From Macrostomum lignano (lineage: Eukaryota), in assembly GCA_002269645.1 (NCBI GenBank), contig NIVC01004812.1, forward strand, positions 1 through 34,455: a DNA stretch of 34,455 nt, read 5' to 3'. Position numbers and translations under genes: made by a program. Position 1 is the first letter of the stretch; every line of letters starts with the position of its first letter. Under the pieces are notes generated by a model, which saw only the letters and a program-made list of their open reading frames with translations, was not told the DNA's origin and did no database searches. This document shows positions 1-12,211 of the stretch, piece after piece.

Positions 1-562
1 AAGACAGACTTGTATAGTTGTGTTGTATCATGTAACTAGGGCGATTTTTCGCAATTATTTTTTACTATATTAGTGGCGGTGACTCTCTCTAGTACTATTA
101 TAAGTTGATTCAAAACCTTTAAGTAAACATCAAAGAACTTAAATGAAAGCCCATTACATTACATTATCTATTATATAAACCTGGAGTCCTGGACTTGTGG
201 TTTTGAATTTGCATTTTTACTGCTATGCCTATTGGCTATTGCTTAAGCCCTATACAAAGACCTTATCGCTGATGCTTATTTCGATTATGTAAGGCCAGTT
301 TAGCCAAGTTTAGGTTACTTTTTTATTCCTAATTTTGAACTTAAATAAAGCCTCTTTATTGTCATTGATTATGCTTTATTGTTTTTTTCCAAATTTAGGC
401 TATGCCTCTAATTTAATATTTGTATTATGTTTTGGGAATAAATAAATTTGTTATTTTCCTTAAATAAATTAAATCTATAATTGTAAATGCTTTATAAATC
501 TAATATAAAAATCTAGGTTTAGAATCTAAGATAGGCCCTACTTACTAACCATAGTCATAGTC

Positions 563-1443
563 GGTTCCTGGACACTTCGTCATCTTACCACTTCGTCATC
601 CACTCATATTTCTAGACACTTCGTCATCTTACCACTTCGTCATCTACGATACTATTGTGGACACATCGTCATCTACTCCCTGGACACTTCGTCATCCACT
701 TTGTCTAAAAAACTTATTGAATAGGAATAGCTATATGTAACTTCGTCAGCTAAGTTGTATCGAGTAGTCATAAATATAGGTGGCTACACTGAGGATTAAC
801 TAACTGATTAACTAACTGATAATTAATGAGGATTAACTATGACGGGGGAAGAGCTGGAGAAGAAGAGAAGAGATTGCGATCGCGATTAGTACAAAGTAGT
901 AGTAGTAATTAGTAGTATTTTTTATTTCTTATTCAACAAAATTGAATTCTACTCGCAGTTTAAATCATACAATATCTTAGAATCATACACTAAAACAAAA
1001 ATAACAATAAATTGGAAATAAGCATACCTGAATAGCAAAATTAAATGCAACTTAAAAAACATAATAATAAATACACAAAAACACACTATTCATAAACATA
1101 TTTAAATCTACATCGTTACAACTCCACACATGTTTGTGGAAGCGAAGCTATAATAAAATTACAATGAACACTTGTACACATACAGCGTGCATTTAGATGC
1201 CAATTATAGCAAGAAGTTGAATCCCTAAACGTGTATTTAATCCTATATTTTACAGACTATTGATCGAATCGAATAACAATTTTACAGCTTTGCAAAATCT
1301 TGGGATGACGAAGTGTCCTCAAAATTTGGTCACTTCGTCATCTAGATTTCTAACAATTTCTTTGTATGATGAAGCGTCCTAAAACCATAGTCACTTTGTC
1401 ATCTGGATGACGAACTGGTAAGATGACGAAGTGTCCAGGAACC
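563..1443. mobile_element. Non-autonomous DNA transposon (MITE, MULE/Merlin-like), 881 bp
   Basis: 28-bp perfect TIR GGTTCCTGGACACTTCGTCATCTTACCA at 563-590 and its reverse complement ending at 1443; exact 9-bp TSD GTCATAGTC (554-562, 1444-1452); subterminal CACTTCGTCATC repeats; no ORF. Confidence 0.9.
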
Positions 1444-1732
1444 GTCATAGTCAGCCATATAGAATAACTAGTCTATCCATCTTAGGCATTGTTGGCATTA
1501 ATATGAACTATTCTTTATAGGCTTTAACCAGTAGTTAAATTAAATTATAATTAAAAATTAATTATTATCAAGGCTTTTTTTAGCTATTTTAGATAGAGCT
1601 AAGGCAAAAAGGTTTGTAGGATAATTGTTTATAATTTATCAAATGTTGCTTTGAAAATTTCTTTTATACATTCATTGTTTTTTCATTTTAAATCATTTTG
1701 CTTTTCTTTATCTTCATGCTCTGTTACTAACT

Positions 1733-2374
1733 ATGAATGCCCAGTCAACTAGCTTTGACCCACTGTCTGTCTCAGCTGACAGTGGCGCTTACCTTCTTGA
1801 AAGTGTTCTCAGCAGTCTTGACTGCTCAGCTGACTCGGCCAATAGCTCTGGCTTTTTTGATGGTGCTAGTAGCATCTCATCGCTAGAAGACCTAGCTGCC
1901 AAGGATGCTCTGCAGCATCAGCTTCAGCAGCTTCAGATTCAACAGCAGCAGCAACCTCAGCAGCAGCCACAACAAGTTCAAGTTAAAAGCCAGCCAGCGG
2001 CATCAACTTTTGACAGTGACAATGTTTGGCAACTGTTTTCCAATTGTGCCACGTCTAGTCCAATGAAGCCGCATCAAGTTTCTAAGCAGGCGTCGTGGCC
2101 GCCAACAAGTGACTGGTGCTCGCAGCAGCAGCAGCACAAGCAGCAGCCGCAGTATCAGCAGCGCCAAGCTGGCCAGCACCAGATTCGGCAGCCGATCATT
2201 GCCCAACGCCAGCTAAGCGCCGATCCCTGGCCCTTGGCGACCCGTTGCAGAGTCTGCGCAGCTGCCTAGGCGATGTTATGGCCACGGGCGGAATTACGCC
2301 GTCTAGCGGAGCTGGGCGCGAGTTGTACAGCCGCAAAGTCTTTGTTGGCGGCCTGCCGCCGGATGTTGACGAAG
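1733..2374 (+). CDS. CPEB: CPEB2/3/4-Orb2-like protein, coding exon 1 (Q-rich N-terminus and start of RRM1); apparent 1-nt frameshift near 2231
   Basis: Q-rich ORF 1733-2269; RRM1 start SRKVFVGGLPPDVDE is in another frame and ends at donor G|GTGAGC (2374/2375). TACTAAC (1725-1731) plus CCAG (1741-1744) suggests the exon may instead begin at 1745 with upstream exons outside the window. Confidence 0.8.
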
Positions 2375-4648
2375 GTGAGCTGTTTTGGCAATGAATTGTT
2401 CTCAAATTCGGCTTGTTATCGAAATCGTATAACCCATCACGACCCTCTAGCTGTAGCTTAGGTCTTTGTTATATTGTATCCTGCTCTATACTACTATTAT
2501 ATTTCTGTTTGCAGACCCTAAAATATGTATTCAGTCATTTGCAACTAAGATTATTATTATTACGGTATGATTCATCATCAGGCCCAGATATCGAATATAA
2601 GTCACTATGATTCCATGCTAGACTTTATTCCAACAAGCTTAGATAACCCCGGACGCGGAACCCTTGCTATTAGTTTAAACTATATAAGTCAAGTGACTTT
2701 ATTTATTGCTAACTGATGGCTGAATGTTTATTAAAGCAGTTTATTTTTAGTACAAGTCATCATTCATCCTGCTACTACTTTTAAAACGTATAGAGTATAT
2801 TATAGTAGAGTATAGTAATTTTAAGTTCAACGATTTCATAGATAACCGGGCGCCCTCAGCTGATTTAAAATTAGCCGGCCACCACATCCGCTTCTCAAAG
2901 CGCCCCACATTTATGAGTGAGCAAATGAATCAACCTTTACCCCTACCCTAATCCCTCCCTGCCGTGTCGGATTACAATAAATAAAGCACAGGACAGCAGT
3001 AAATTTATTTGACGGGGCTGTACTTAAGTTTGAACCCAGGGAGAGAGGGTCATGGGGGTCAGTTGACCCCCCCCCCGGGAAATTTCCTAGGCCCGTCCGT
3101 GTTTAGCTTCTGCCTCTTATTGTATTAAAGCTGTTGCTGTTAATGATTCACGGGGCCTCCCACGCGCACATGTGTTACTCAGCTTTTATAACTCTTCTTC
3201 GCTTGAGTGCTTGTCTGCGCTGTATTAGTCCTGTCTTATACGTGTAGTGCCGTGTGCGTGCTCAGGCACCGCCGCGACTAAAGCTGAAAGCTAAAGGCAA
3301 TAACAAACAGCTGTTACGCGTCTTTCTATATCATAATTGTAATACCTAATTAATATAAGCATATCGGTAGAATATAGCCGACTATATTGAGTCTAATTGT
3401 ATGATTGTGCGAATTTAGGAGTAGCTTGAATTGGAGAATGGAGGCCTCTCTTGTTGGTTTTTGGTTCTCTGTTTCTCTCTCTCTCTCTCGTCTCGTGCCA
3501 CCGCCTGTTTGAGACTCCCCCCAGTGCCCCAGTGTCCCCGCTGTTGGCCCCCATCTGCGCCGCAACCCGGCCCCAGAAATCTAAACTTAACTACTAAGAA
3601 GAGTTAGTTAAACCTGGCGCACAACACATACGCCACATGCGCAGGCAGCTAGAAGGTTTAGAACTGGAAAGAAAGAATGACTCATTCATGCACGCACCTA
3701 CGCGTGCGCCAACACTTTACTGTATATGTTACTATATGGTACTATTTATAACTATGTTTATTGCATGTATATATATAGGCTACGTGGAAAGGAAGTACTG
3801 GGCTTGGGATGTTAGCTGAGGGGTTTGTATTGTATCGGATCTAACTAAAGCATTCTGAACTGCGCTTCCCTATGGGCCCCCGTGACCGGGGTCTGGCGTG
3901 CTTGTGCACGCTAGAAATTGTGCTAAACTGTGTTTTTCTCCCCGTTTCTCTTTCTTCCCCTCTTCCCCCGTCCCGCACTGTGCTGAGTCAGGAGAAGGGG
4001 TCACGCGAGGTTTCTTCCCAGTTCTCCCCTCGTTCCCCTTCTCGTCGTCTACCCTTTGGTCCTGGCTGGAACGCGTGGGCACGCGAACAAAAAAAGCGAT
4101 GAGTAATGCTGCAGAGAGGGCAGAGAGGGATGAGGATCGGGGCTTTTGCCCCGGCGGTGACTCACTGTTTTCGTCTTTCTCTCGTCTCTCTCCCCCCTCT
4201 GCTTCTAGCTGTCCGTCTGGCCCTAATCTCCTTTCTCCGTACCCCTGCCCCCGAAGCCTCTCCACTAACTAGGCTTTGCCTCCTCGGGTTTTGCCCCAGC
4301 CAGCTCAGGTCAGGCTGGGGTCACGCCGAGGATAGGCATCGGCCTGGCTGCCTTATTTTTAGGCCTAAGAGCGACGCGAGGGAACGGGCGGTGCTACAGC
4401 TGGCCGCTGCCGAACCCTGGGAAGAGCGGACAGGGAGAGAAAAAGATGACTCGACTGAGGCGTCTCCTCCGCAGCCCCTACCCTGTCTCCTCAGTTTCTG
4501 GGGTCATGTCCCCTGGCCTTGGCTGCCTCTGCTTTTCTCACGTTTCAGTTTAGTAGAAACTGGGCGTTTTTTACAAATCCTGTAAATCAACTTTTCTAAT
4601 CGTCATATTAATTAATAAATCATTTCACCCTTCCTTTTTAACTTTCAG

Positions 4649-4738
4649 AGGAAATTGCCTGCGCGTTTCGTCGTTTCGGCAGCCTGACAGTCGATTGGCC
4701 GCACAAGCAGGAGAGCCAAGCTTATTTTCCTCCGAAAG
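4649..4738 (+). CDS. CPEB: CPEB coding exon 2 (RRM1)
   Basis: TTTCAG| acceptor and |GTAAAT donor; encodes (E)EIACAFRRFGSLTVDWPHKQESQAYFPPK(G), matching CPEB2-4 DEITASFRRFGPLIVDWPHKAESKSYFPPKG; phases fit neighbouring exons. Confidence 0.93.
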
Positions 4739-4850
4739 GTAAATGGAATTAATTATCTTTACCTGTTCGAGTGTTTGGGTCCATGGGGCTGGCCCTCGGG
4801 TCCTTTGAAACTTTACCACAGAAATCCGGCCTGCTCAAGCTTTGTGTCTC

Positions 4851-5110
4851 TTCTCAGCTCTCCTCTCCTCTCCACTCCTCTCCCCTCTTATCTCCTGTCT
4901 TCTCTCCTCTCCTCTCCCCTCTCCTCTCCTCTCCACTCCTCTCCCCTATTCTCTTCTCTCCTGTCTTCTCTCCTCTCCTCTCTCCTCTCCTCTCCCCATC
5001 TCTTCTCTCCTGTCTTCTCTCCTCTCCTCTCCTCCGTCTCCTCTCCTCTCCTCCCCTCCGTCTCCTCTCCTCTCCTTTATTCCCTCGCCTCTTATTTCTC
5101 TCTTTTAAAT
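4851..5110. repeat. CT-rich low-complexity tract (CTCCT/CTCT units) in CPEB intron 2
   Basis: Degenerate (CTCCT)n array; the leader TTTGTGTCTCTTCTCAGCTCTC recurs at ~5894-5915. Confidence 0.9.
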
Positions 5111-5392
5111 TCCCTCTTGTGTCTCTCCCCTGCCAAAAAAGTTTTCCGATCCTTGTTTCTTGGTTTTGTTTTAGAGGACCCCGACCTCGGCTTTAGTGCC
5201 GCCAACAACAACTTATCGAGTTTCTTTGGCCCTTGTTCATTTGCTTTTGTTTAAAAATCGGATCGATTTTCAGCGTTAGTTTACATCGGTGCGCCCAGGA
5301 AGTTTACTAATTAATTCACAGTAACTTCCGTATTGAGCGAATGGTAACGCGGTATATGTAAATCAAATTCATTAACCCTCCGTGTCTCGCAG

Positions 5393-5511
5393 GCTACTGT
5401 TTTATTCTATTTCACGACGAGCCAAGCGTTCAACGACTAATGGACGTCTGCATTGCCGAGGGTGACAAATTCTACTGGTGCGTCTCGTCACCGACTGTCA
5501 AGGACAAGCCG
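5393..5511 (+). CDS. CPEB: CPEB coding exon 3 (RRM1 end)
   Basis: CGCAG| acceptor and |GTGAGT donor; (G)YCFILFHDEPSVQRLMDVCIAEGDKFYWCVSSPTVKDKP. Confidence 0.93.
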
Positions 5512-6201
5512 GTGAGTAATACGCTGCTCTGTTCTCTTCTTGTAACAGTAAATATTGACTGTGGTGGCAGTCTGCCAGATTTTCTGACTCATTTTTTTCA
5601 TAATCATCCCCAATAGTCTACTGACCTCGATCAGCCTCCGTGATGCACTTTTCTCTATCTAATATTCCGTATCGTTTTTGAAGACCAACTAATTAATCAT
5701 TTATAGGTTTTGTTTATTGCAAGGGGGAGATCCAGTGGTGGCTGGATCTAAAAGAGGGTCAACTACCCCCAATCCACCTCAGTAGCCAAATCATCCAGTA
5801 CAAGGGGTCGGCTAACTCTATCGGCGAAGCCTCTCTATCCGGCTCTCGGGTCCTTTGCAACTTCACGATAGCAATGCGGCCTTCTTAAGGTTTTTTGTGT
5901 CTCTTCTCAGCTCTCTTCTCTCCTCTCTCCTCTCCTCTCATCTCCTTTCTTCTTTATTCCATTTTTAATTACTTTCTATGATTCAATATTGAGTCCATTT
6001 TGTAAATATCTGTAAATAAGATACCACAATGGTCTACAATGGTAGGGATTTAGTCATGTACATGTTGAATTCTTATCTTTGTCCTACCACCATAAAATCC
6101 ATGGCCCCTGGTACTAACCTCGACTATCTTCGCTTAACCTATAACGCTGTTTGCTAATAAAAGATTCTTACCAACACCCACCCAATCAACCACGCCCACA
6201 G

Positions 6202-6765
6202 GTGCAAGTCCGCCCCTGGCTACTGTCCGACTCCGACTTTGTGCTGGACTCTCGCCAACCTTTGGATCCGCGCAAAACTGTCTTTGTTGGCGGCGTGCCG
6301 CGCCCTCTGCGCGCGCGCGACCTGGCCGTAGCCATGGAGCGCCTATTCGGCGGCGTCTGCTACGCCGGCATCGACACCGACCCGGATCTGCGCTATCCCA
6401 AAGGTGCCGGTCGCGTCGCTTTCGCCAGCCAGCGCTCCTACGTGGCCGCGGTTAGCGCTCGATTTGTTCAACTGGCCGGCTTTGAAGCCGCTTGCGGAGC
6501 TACGCCTACTACTACTAATAGTAGTAGCAGCGGAAGTAGTACCAACAACGGCAACAAGCGCGTTGAAGTGAAGCCGTTCGTACTGGACGATCAGTCATGC
6601 GACCGCTGCCATCTGCGCAGCGCTCCGCTGTTCTGCGCCAGCCCAGCCTGTCTGCGCTATTTCTGCGACCAGTGCTGGCCAGAGGCCCACGCCGGGCCAG
6701 GCGGTAGGCAGTACCACCGGCCTACGGTCCGGGACGCCGGGTCCAGGATGACCTTCCTAGGCTAA
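6202..6765 (+). CDS. CPEB: CPEB coding exon 4 (RRM2 and ZZ-type zinc finger)
   Basis: ACAG|GTGCAA acceptor; VQVRPW, PRKTVFVGGVPRPL, YAGIDTDPDLRYPKGAGRVAF, KRVEVKPFVLDDQ, CDRC...FC...C..YFCDQCW...H; stop 6763-6765; AATAAA at 6778. Confidence 0.95.
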   Translation: MQVRPWLLSDSDFVLDSRQPLDPRKTVFVGGVPRPLRARDLAVAMERLFGGVCYAGIDTDPDLRYPKGAGRVAFASQRSYVAAVSARFVQLAGFEAACGATPTTTNSSSSGSSTNNGNKRVEVKPFVLDDQSCDRCHLRSAPLFCASPACLRYFCDQCWPEAHAGPGGRQYHRPTVRDAGSRMTFLG

Positions 6766-6851
6766 CTATAACAGCGCAATAAAGCGGACACTTGCTTTAG
6801 CTGGTGTGTTAATTATTACAATTCGCTTGTAAGCTTCTCTTGTCTCCCATT

Positions 6852-6854
<3 letters not shown>

Positions 6855-6906
<52 letters not shown>
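6855..6906. repeat. (CT)n microsatellite
   Basis: Perfect dinucleotide run downstream of the CPEB stop. Confidence 0.97.
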
Positions 6907-6910
<4 letters not shown>

Positions 6911-8918
6911 TGTTAAATTTTATCATTCTCGTTTCCTGTTATTCGCTGCTGTTGGCTGTTTTTATTAATTATAAAACAACAATTAGTTTATTACATTAAT
7001 TAGTACACATTTCTCTATACTGCGGACTGTTATATCATTAATTATAGGAATTCTTCTAGGAGATAAAAAGAAAGCTTTTCCTGTTTTTGGTTCTGTTAGC
7101 TTTTTTCTGTTATTCTTTTTTTAGCTTATTTGAATTCTGCTATTTTTCGCCTACTTTTTTCTACTATTGTTACTGTTAGTAGCGTGAAGTAGCACGCATT
7201 GTTTCTTTTCTTAGCTATCGTATTCATTTCCTGTTCGTTGTCACGGCCAAGGCAAACTACTTAATTGACCCCGTGACCGAATTTCAATCCAGTCTTAAAA
7301 TTGCCCCGTGGTTTTGTATTTTTTTTCTCAATCATTCATGAAACTGAACAAAAAACCACAAATGACTTTCTGCAAGATTTGTTAGCAAACTTTAAATTTA
7401 TAAAATATACTATTTTTGAGTAGTACATTGTGTTGCGCTTTTGTTAATATAATCTGTCCTTTTGTAAAGCTTTTGTTAGTTTTAATTAAAACAACGCCGC
7501 GTGCTTATCATCGCCACTTCGTCGCTGCAGCTAAAAAATAATTCTAATACTATTAATATTAAGTCTTTATAATGTTTTTAGCCACTTTTTTATTTATAGA
7601 CTAAACTGCAAAAGCATCTTCATTATTGAAACAGAATGCTTTTAATTTTGGTTTTGTTTAACAATTTATTTAGCCTAATTGTTGCATAAGTATTTAATCG
7701 TCTATTTTTGCTAATATTTTGTGCCATTTTTGTCTCTGTAATTATTCAACTGCGCTTGCTAGCAATACACACATTAATCTGTTGTTGTTGTTTCACGCTG
7801 TCTTAGGGTGTATTTACTTTGTTTTAATTGTTATTGTTATTTTTCCACAAAACAGCCATCGCACTCTGTCAATAGCCACCCAGTTGAGCAGTTTATATTT
7901 TCGTAAACCAGTTTTGTGTCGCACTCTACTCTGTTAGTAGCATATATTGCCGCTTTTTTCTCTTTTCATTTGTTTGTTGTTTACTTTGCTAAAATGACAG
8001 GCTTTTTAAATTGTTTTTGTTATAAAAAATGTAAGTTTGCTAATGTCATATAATAAACTACTTAACACTTGTTAATCATCTCAGTTCGCTCCTATTGTTG
8101 TGTTAACGAAAAATCACCAATATTTGATACAAGTTTATTTTTTCATAATTCTTATTTCCTGGTTTAGCTACAGTGGAAAGAGTTGTAATGAATCTGTTTA
8201 ATTTAAAAGCAAAAACCATCTTTAAGTCTCATTTAGCGGTTATTTTTCTAATCAGAATTCATTGAGAACAAACAGTTTTGATAGTTTTAATTTACACACA
8301 TTGTTCTCAGCGGCTGTTAACTCCTGTCAATAATACCTTTAATATATGCCTTTCAACTTTGGTGTTGCATATCCGCCCACACTTCATTAAATTTGTATTA
8401 TTATAAAATTGACTGGCAAGAAAATTGATATTTTTATTAATGAGCCAAGTTTTTCCAATAATTTTCATTTTCAAATCCGGAACTTTCTCCGTTTCACATT
8501 CAGGCCAGGTAAATATTAATTCGCTCTTTGTTTTACTAATTGCTGCCGTGTCTTTGTTTTTCTATTGCAAGCTGTATCTCCTTTCTCTCTTTCAATTCGC
8601 TGTACTCGCACATATAAAAAATTTCCCTGTGTGTTTCTGTTTTAGCCTGCTCTTATTTTTGTCATTATATTTAAACGAAATTGTTTTCTCTAGCCACCTT
8701 TTGTTTGTTTGTGCTCTTTTTTTCCTTGAAATAATAAAAATACACATTGGTTCCACGTTGTTATAATTTTTCTAATGACAGTTAACTAATTCAAATTGAT
8801 AGCCCCCATTGTTATATACAATTTTATCTGTAATATCTTGTTTGATTCAATTAATTTCATGCCTGTTTAACAGTCACCCTTCTACTTTTACTCTCGCCGA
8901 AAATCGCCCCTTGACCCT

Positions 8919-9775
8919 CCTTGAGAATCGATCCTTCACACTTGAGAATTGCCCTTTCACACTTGAGAATTGCCCTTTCACACTTGAGAATCGATCCTTC
9001 ACACTTGAGAATTGCCCTTTCACACTTGAGAATTGCCCTTTCACACTTGAGAATCGATCCTTCACACTTGAGAATTGCCCTTTCACACTTGAGAATTGCC
9101 CTTTCACACTTGAGAATTGCCCTTTTCACACTTGAGAATTTCCCTTTTACACTTGAGAATCGCCTCTTCACACTTGAGAATCGCCCCTTTCACCACACTT
9201 AAGATTCGCCCCTTTCACACTTGAGAATCGCCCTTTCACACTTGAGAATCGCCCTTTCACACTTGAGAATTGCCCTTTCACACTTGAGAATTTCCCTTTC
9301 ACACTTGAGAATTGCCCTTTTCACACTTGAGAATTGCCCCTTTCACACTTAAGAATCGCCCTTTCACACTTAAGAATTGCCCCTTTCACACTTAAGAATT
9401 GCCCTTTTCACACTTGAGAATGGCCCCTTTCACACTTAAGAATCGCCCTTTCACACTTGAGAATTGCCCTTTTCACACTTGAGAATTGCCCCTTTCACAC
9501 TTAAGAATCGCCCTTTCACACTTGAGAATTGCCCCTTTCACACTTAAGAATCGCCCTTTCACACTTGAGAATTGCCCCTTTCACACTTAAGAATCGCCCT
9601 TTCACACTTGAGAATTGCCCTTTTCACACTTGATAATTGCGGCTATTGCCCTTTCACACTTGATAATTGATCTTTCACACTTGAGAATCGACCCTTCACA
9701 CTTGAGGATCGGCCCTTTTAAACTTGAGAATCGACCCATCACACTTGAGAACCGACCCATCACACTTAAGCATCA
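8919..9775. repeat. ~21-22 bp minisatellite (CACACTTGAGAATTGCCCTTT)
   Basis: Roughly 40 head-to-tail copies with small variants and no unique spacers. Confidence 0.95.
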
Positions 9776-10575
9776 TCCCTTCAAACTACCTGAGAATCGC
9801 CCATCAACCTCCGAGTTGTCATTCTCTTATGCAAAAACACAAACAACAAAGCTGGTTTATAAATGAGAGTAGGATTTCATCAAAGTTGTTCTGTATTCAT
9901 TCCTTACTATGGTTGAATATATGATAAACTATGTATTGTTATAACTATACTATAATAGTGCTTGAACTAAAACGTACAAATTAATTAGACCTACAAACAC
10001 ACGTGTTGCCTGTATCTGTAAGAAGTGCTTCGTAAATTTTTTTGGGAAATCTAAAAATGACTATTCCTTACCTATCGAAATAGCATGATTTCGCAGATTT
10101 TCAAAACTGATTGCCAAAATAAATATAGCCTATTTGTCATCAAAGAGTCATTCAACTGATACATTTAAAATTAGGTGAGCCTAGTAGTTTCTAAAGCTCT
10201 TTAGTGAAAGTAGTTTTCTTAACATTATACATTATACATGTACATTTACATGGGTAGCAACTAGTGAGAATGGATCTAGTTTTAGGAAAGATTAGCTTTT
10301 GTGCTCAGGTTTCCAGACCTTCTATCTATAGGAACGGTCATGCTAAGTTTGATAACCGAGTTCTAAATGATATATGTCTCTAAGGCTTGGAAACAACCAC
10401 AGACACTAAAATAAGTAGATGGGCCACTCATAACATTTGCGTGTCAGCTACTTTCAGTTCAGTAGCAAGTTAAACCAAAGCATTTTAATGTATTTTTAAA
10501 GCCAAGGCTCACTTATTGGCTCTTACACCCCCAGCTGAGACCCTCCAACCGCGCCTTTCCACACTATCCCCCGCT

Positions 10576-11030
10576 CCGCCCCAATTTTTATTGCCTTTCC
10601 CGGAATTCTAGCCTAAAGCTGCCATGTACATTTCAGTGGACTGGCAAATGTACATTATGGCTGAACCAATTAGCAAGTTGTTTACGGCTGCAAGCTTGGG
10701 CTTCTAAGCTTATCAAAGCCCCCCTTGCCCCGCCCCAATTTTTATTACCTTTCTCGGATTCCAGCCTAAAGCTGCTATGTACATTTAGTGGACTGGCAAG
10801 TTTACATTATGGCAGAACCAATTAGCAAGTTGTTTACGGCTGCAAGCTTGGGCTTCTAAACTTATCAAAGCCCCCCCTCTTTTGACCCGCCCCAATTTTT
10901 ATTGCCTTTTCCGTAATTCCAGCCGAAAGCTGCCATGTACATTTCAGTGGACTGGCCAATGTACATTCTGGAATTTCTGGCTGAACCAATTAGTATACGC
11001 CTGCAAGCTTGGCTTATAAACTTATCAAAG
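10576..11030. repeat. ~155-bp tandem repeat, 3 copies
   Basis: Units start CCGCCCCAATTTTT at ~10576, ~10730 and ~10887 and share GCTGCCATGTACATTTCAGTGGACTGG...CTTATCAAAG. Confidence 0.9.
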
Positions 11031-11274
11031 TCATTTCAGCCGCCTTTGTTTTTATAAAATAGCTTATGCATTCTTCCTGCTACTGAGCTGAAAGTAGAAA
11101 GCTGTTTTGCTAAGTATATACGCCTGAGTGGCCCCATCTAGTTACTTTAGTATCTGTGGAAACCACCAAGAATTTACGATAGACATCACTTATAATGCAA
11201 CAGGCTCCCCTCTAAAAAGCATTGTCCTCTTATGTTTGAAGTTGAGAGCAGCTCGCCTGTACTGCAGGCTATGC

Positions 11275-11666
11275 TCAAAGTTCGACAGCAACAAACAAGC
11301 GCCCAGCTAGCAGAGCGGCCAGAATGAGGCCGACAGTGCTCAAAGCGCTTGGCGCCAAGCCGGCAGCCCCGGCCGAGAATGTCCGGTAGAGCGTCCTCGG
11401 CGTGCCTGGCCGGTTGCCCGGGTTCAGCGGCAGCGGTGGCCGGAAGTTGTTCACCATGCTACTGTTGTCGGAGTAGTGCAGGCGGCGTAGCATCTGCAGC
11501 TGTCTGGCGCTGATGGGTACAGCCTGGCGGTACACTGTCCACAGCACCGACTCGTAGCAGACTGGAGTCGTCAGGCTGCCGTCATAGCGGAAGAACTCGT
11601 CCTGGTTGCTCGGCAGGAATGTGCTGAACATGTTGAAATCGGTCCTGGCTGCTACCTCAGCGGCAC
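11275..11666 (-). CDS. Alpha carbonic anhydrase, exon 3 (YDGSLTTP, hydrophobic C-terminal GPI/TM signal)
   Basis: AAACAG|GT acceptor (phase 1); FFRYDGSLTTPVCYESVLWTV, NNFRPPLPLN; C-terminus LSTVGLILAALLAGRLFVAVEL. Confidence 0.92.
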
Positions 11667-11703
11667 CTGTTTAAGGGCGGATGGAATAATGTGAAATATT
11701 CTT

Positions 11704-11925
11704 GTTTTTATTAGAGGCAGGGGGCTGTCAACAGCACATTCCTGCCAAATTGCTGCCTATTCCGCCGAATACCTTGAGTCATACGCACAGGCACACACTC
11801 ACACAGGAGTGTACAGCAGCCCTAACTTTATTTATCGTTAGGCATGTACACCTCACTGTGCCTTGGGGGTTGGCCCTCAAGGGCCCCCACAAGCCGAGAA
11901 TCCAATTTAGCTTCAATAGATTACA
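11704..11925 (-). mobile_element. 5'-truncated copy of SINE family B
   Basis: Shares TTTATTAGAGGCAGGGGG and CAGGCACACACTCACACAGGAGTGTACAGC...GGCATGTACAC blocks with 12500-12780. Confidence 0.7.
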
Positions 11926-11931
11926 CCTGCC

Positions 11932-12211
11932 CTAATTGGGACAGATGTGCAACCGACAGCTCAGCCGCAGCTATTGCGCGGCGCATCTGAAGGCTGAGTA
12001 CGGCTGTTCAGTCCGCTGACTGGGGGGTCGCCACACACCCTCAATTACCCCAGCTAATGCTGGCACCCATTTTACAGCTGGGTGGACTGAAGCAATGCAG
12101 AGTTAAGTTCTTGCTCAAGAACACACATTATTGTTCCAGTGGGACCGGGAATCGAACCCACGACCTTCAAGTCGTAAGTCCGACGCTCTAAGCCACTAGG
12201 CTACGCCTCCC
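11932..12211 (-). mobile_element. tRNA-derived SINE (family A) in CA intron 2
   Basis: Minus-strand head GGGAGGCGTAGCCTAGTGG (A box)...GGTTCGATTCC (B box), followed by CTTGAGCAAGAACTTAACTC...CCACCCAGCTGTAAAATGGGT, which resembles the conserved central domain of widespread metazoan SINEs. Confidence 0.8.

Noticed and set aside
3098-3310. Possible solo LTR (TG...CA, TATA-like box on the minus strand)
   Set aside because: No target-site duplication found and no partner LTR
4771-5254. Leu/Ser/Pro-rich ORFs (also 14314-15032)
   Set aside because: Translations of CT/GA low-complexity intronic tracts
5717-5890. Canonical HDV-like or hammerhead ribozyme
   Set aside because: Could not assign P1/P3/L3/J4-2 or a CUGAUGA-GAAA core on either strand; kept only as a low-interest structured region
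6780-8800. CPE elements for CPEB autoregulation in a long 3' UTR
   Set aside because: TTTTAT motifs are expected by chance in this AT-rich stretch and the 3' end is unknown
8919-9775. CRISPR array or the ORFs 8809-9202
   Set aside because: Head-to-tail minisatellite without unique spacers in a eukaryotic context; the ORFs are repeat translations
12140-12211. Functional tRNA gene
   Set aside because: Anticodon stem pairs poorly and the head runs into a SINE body
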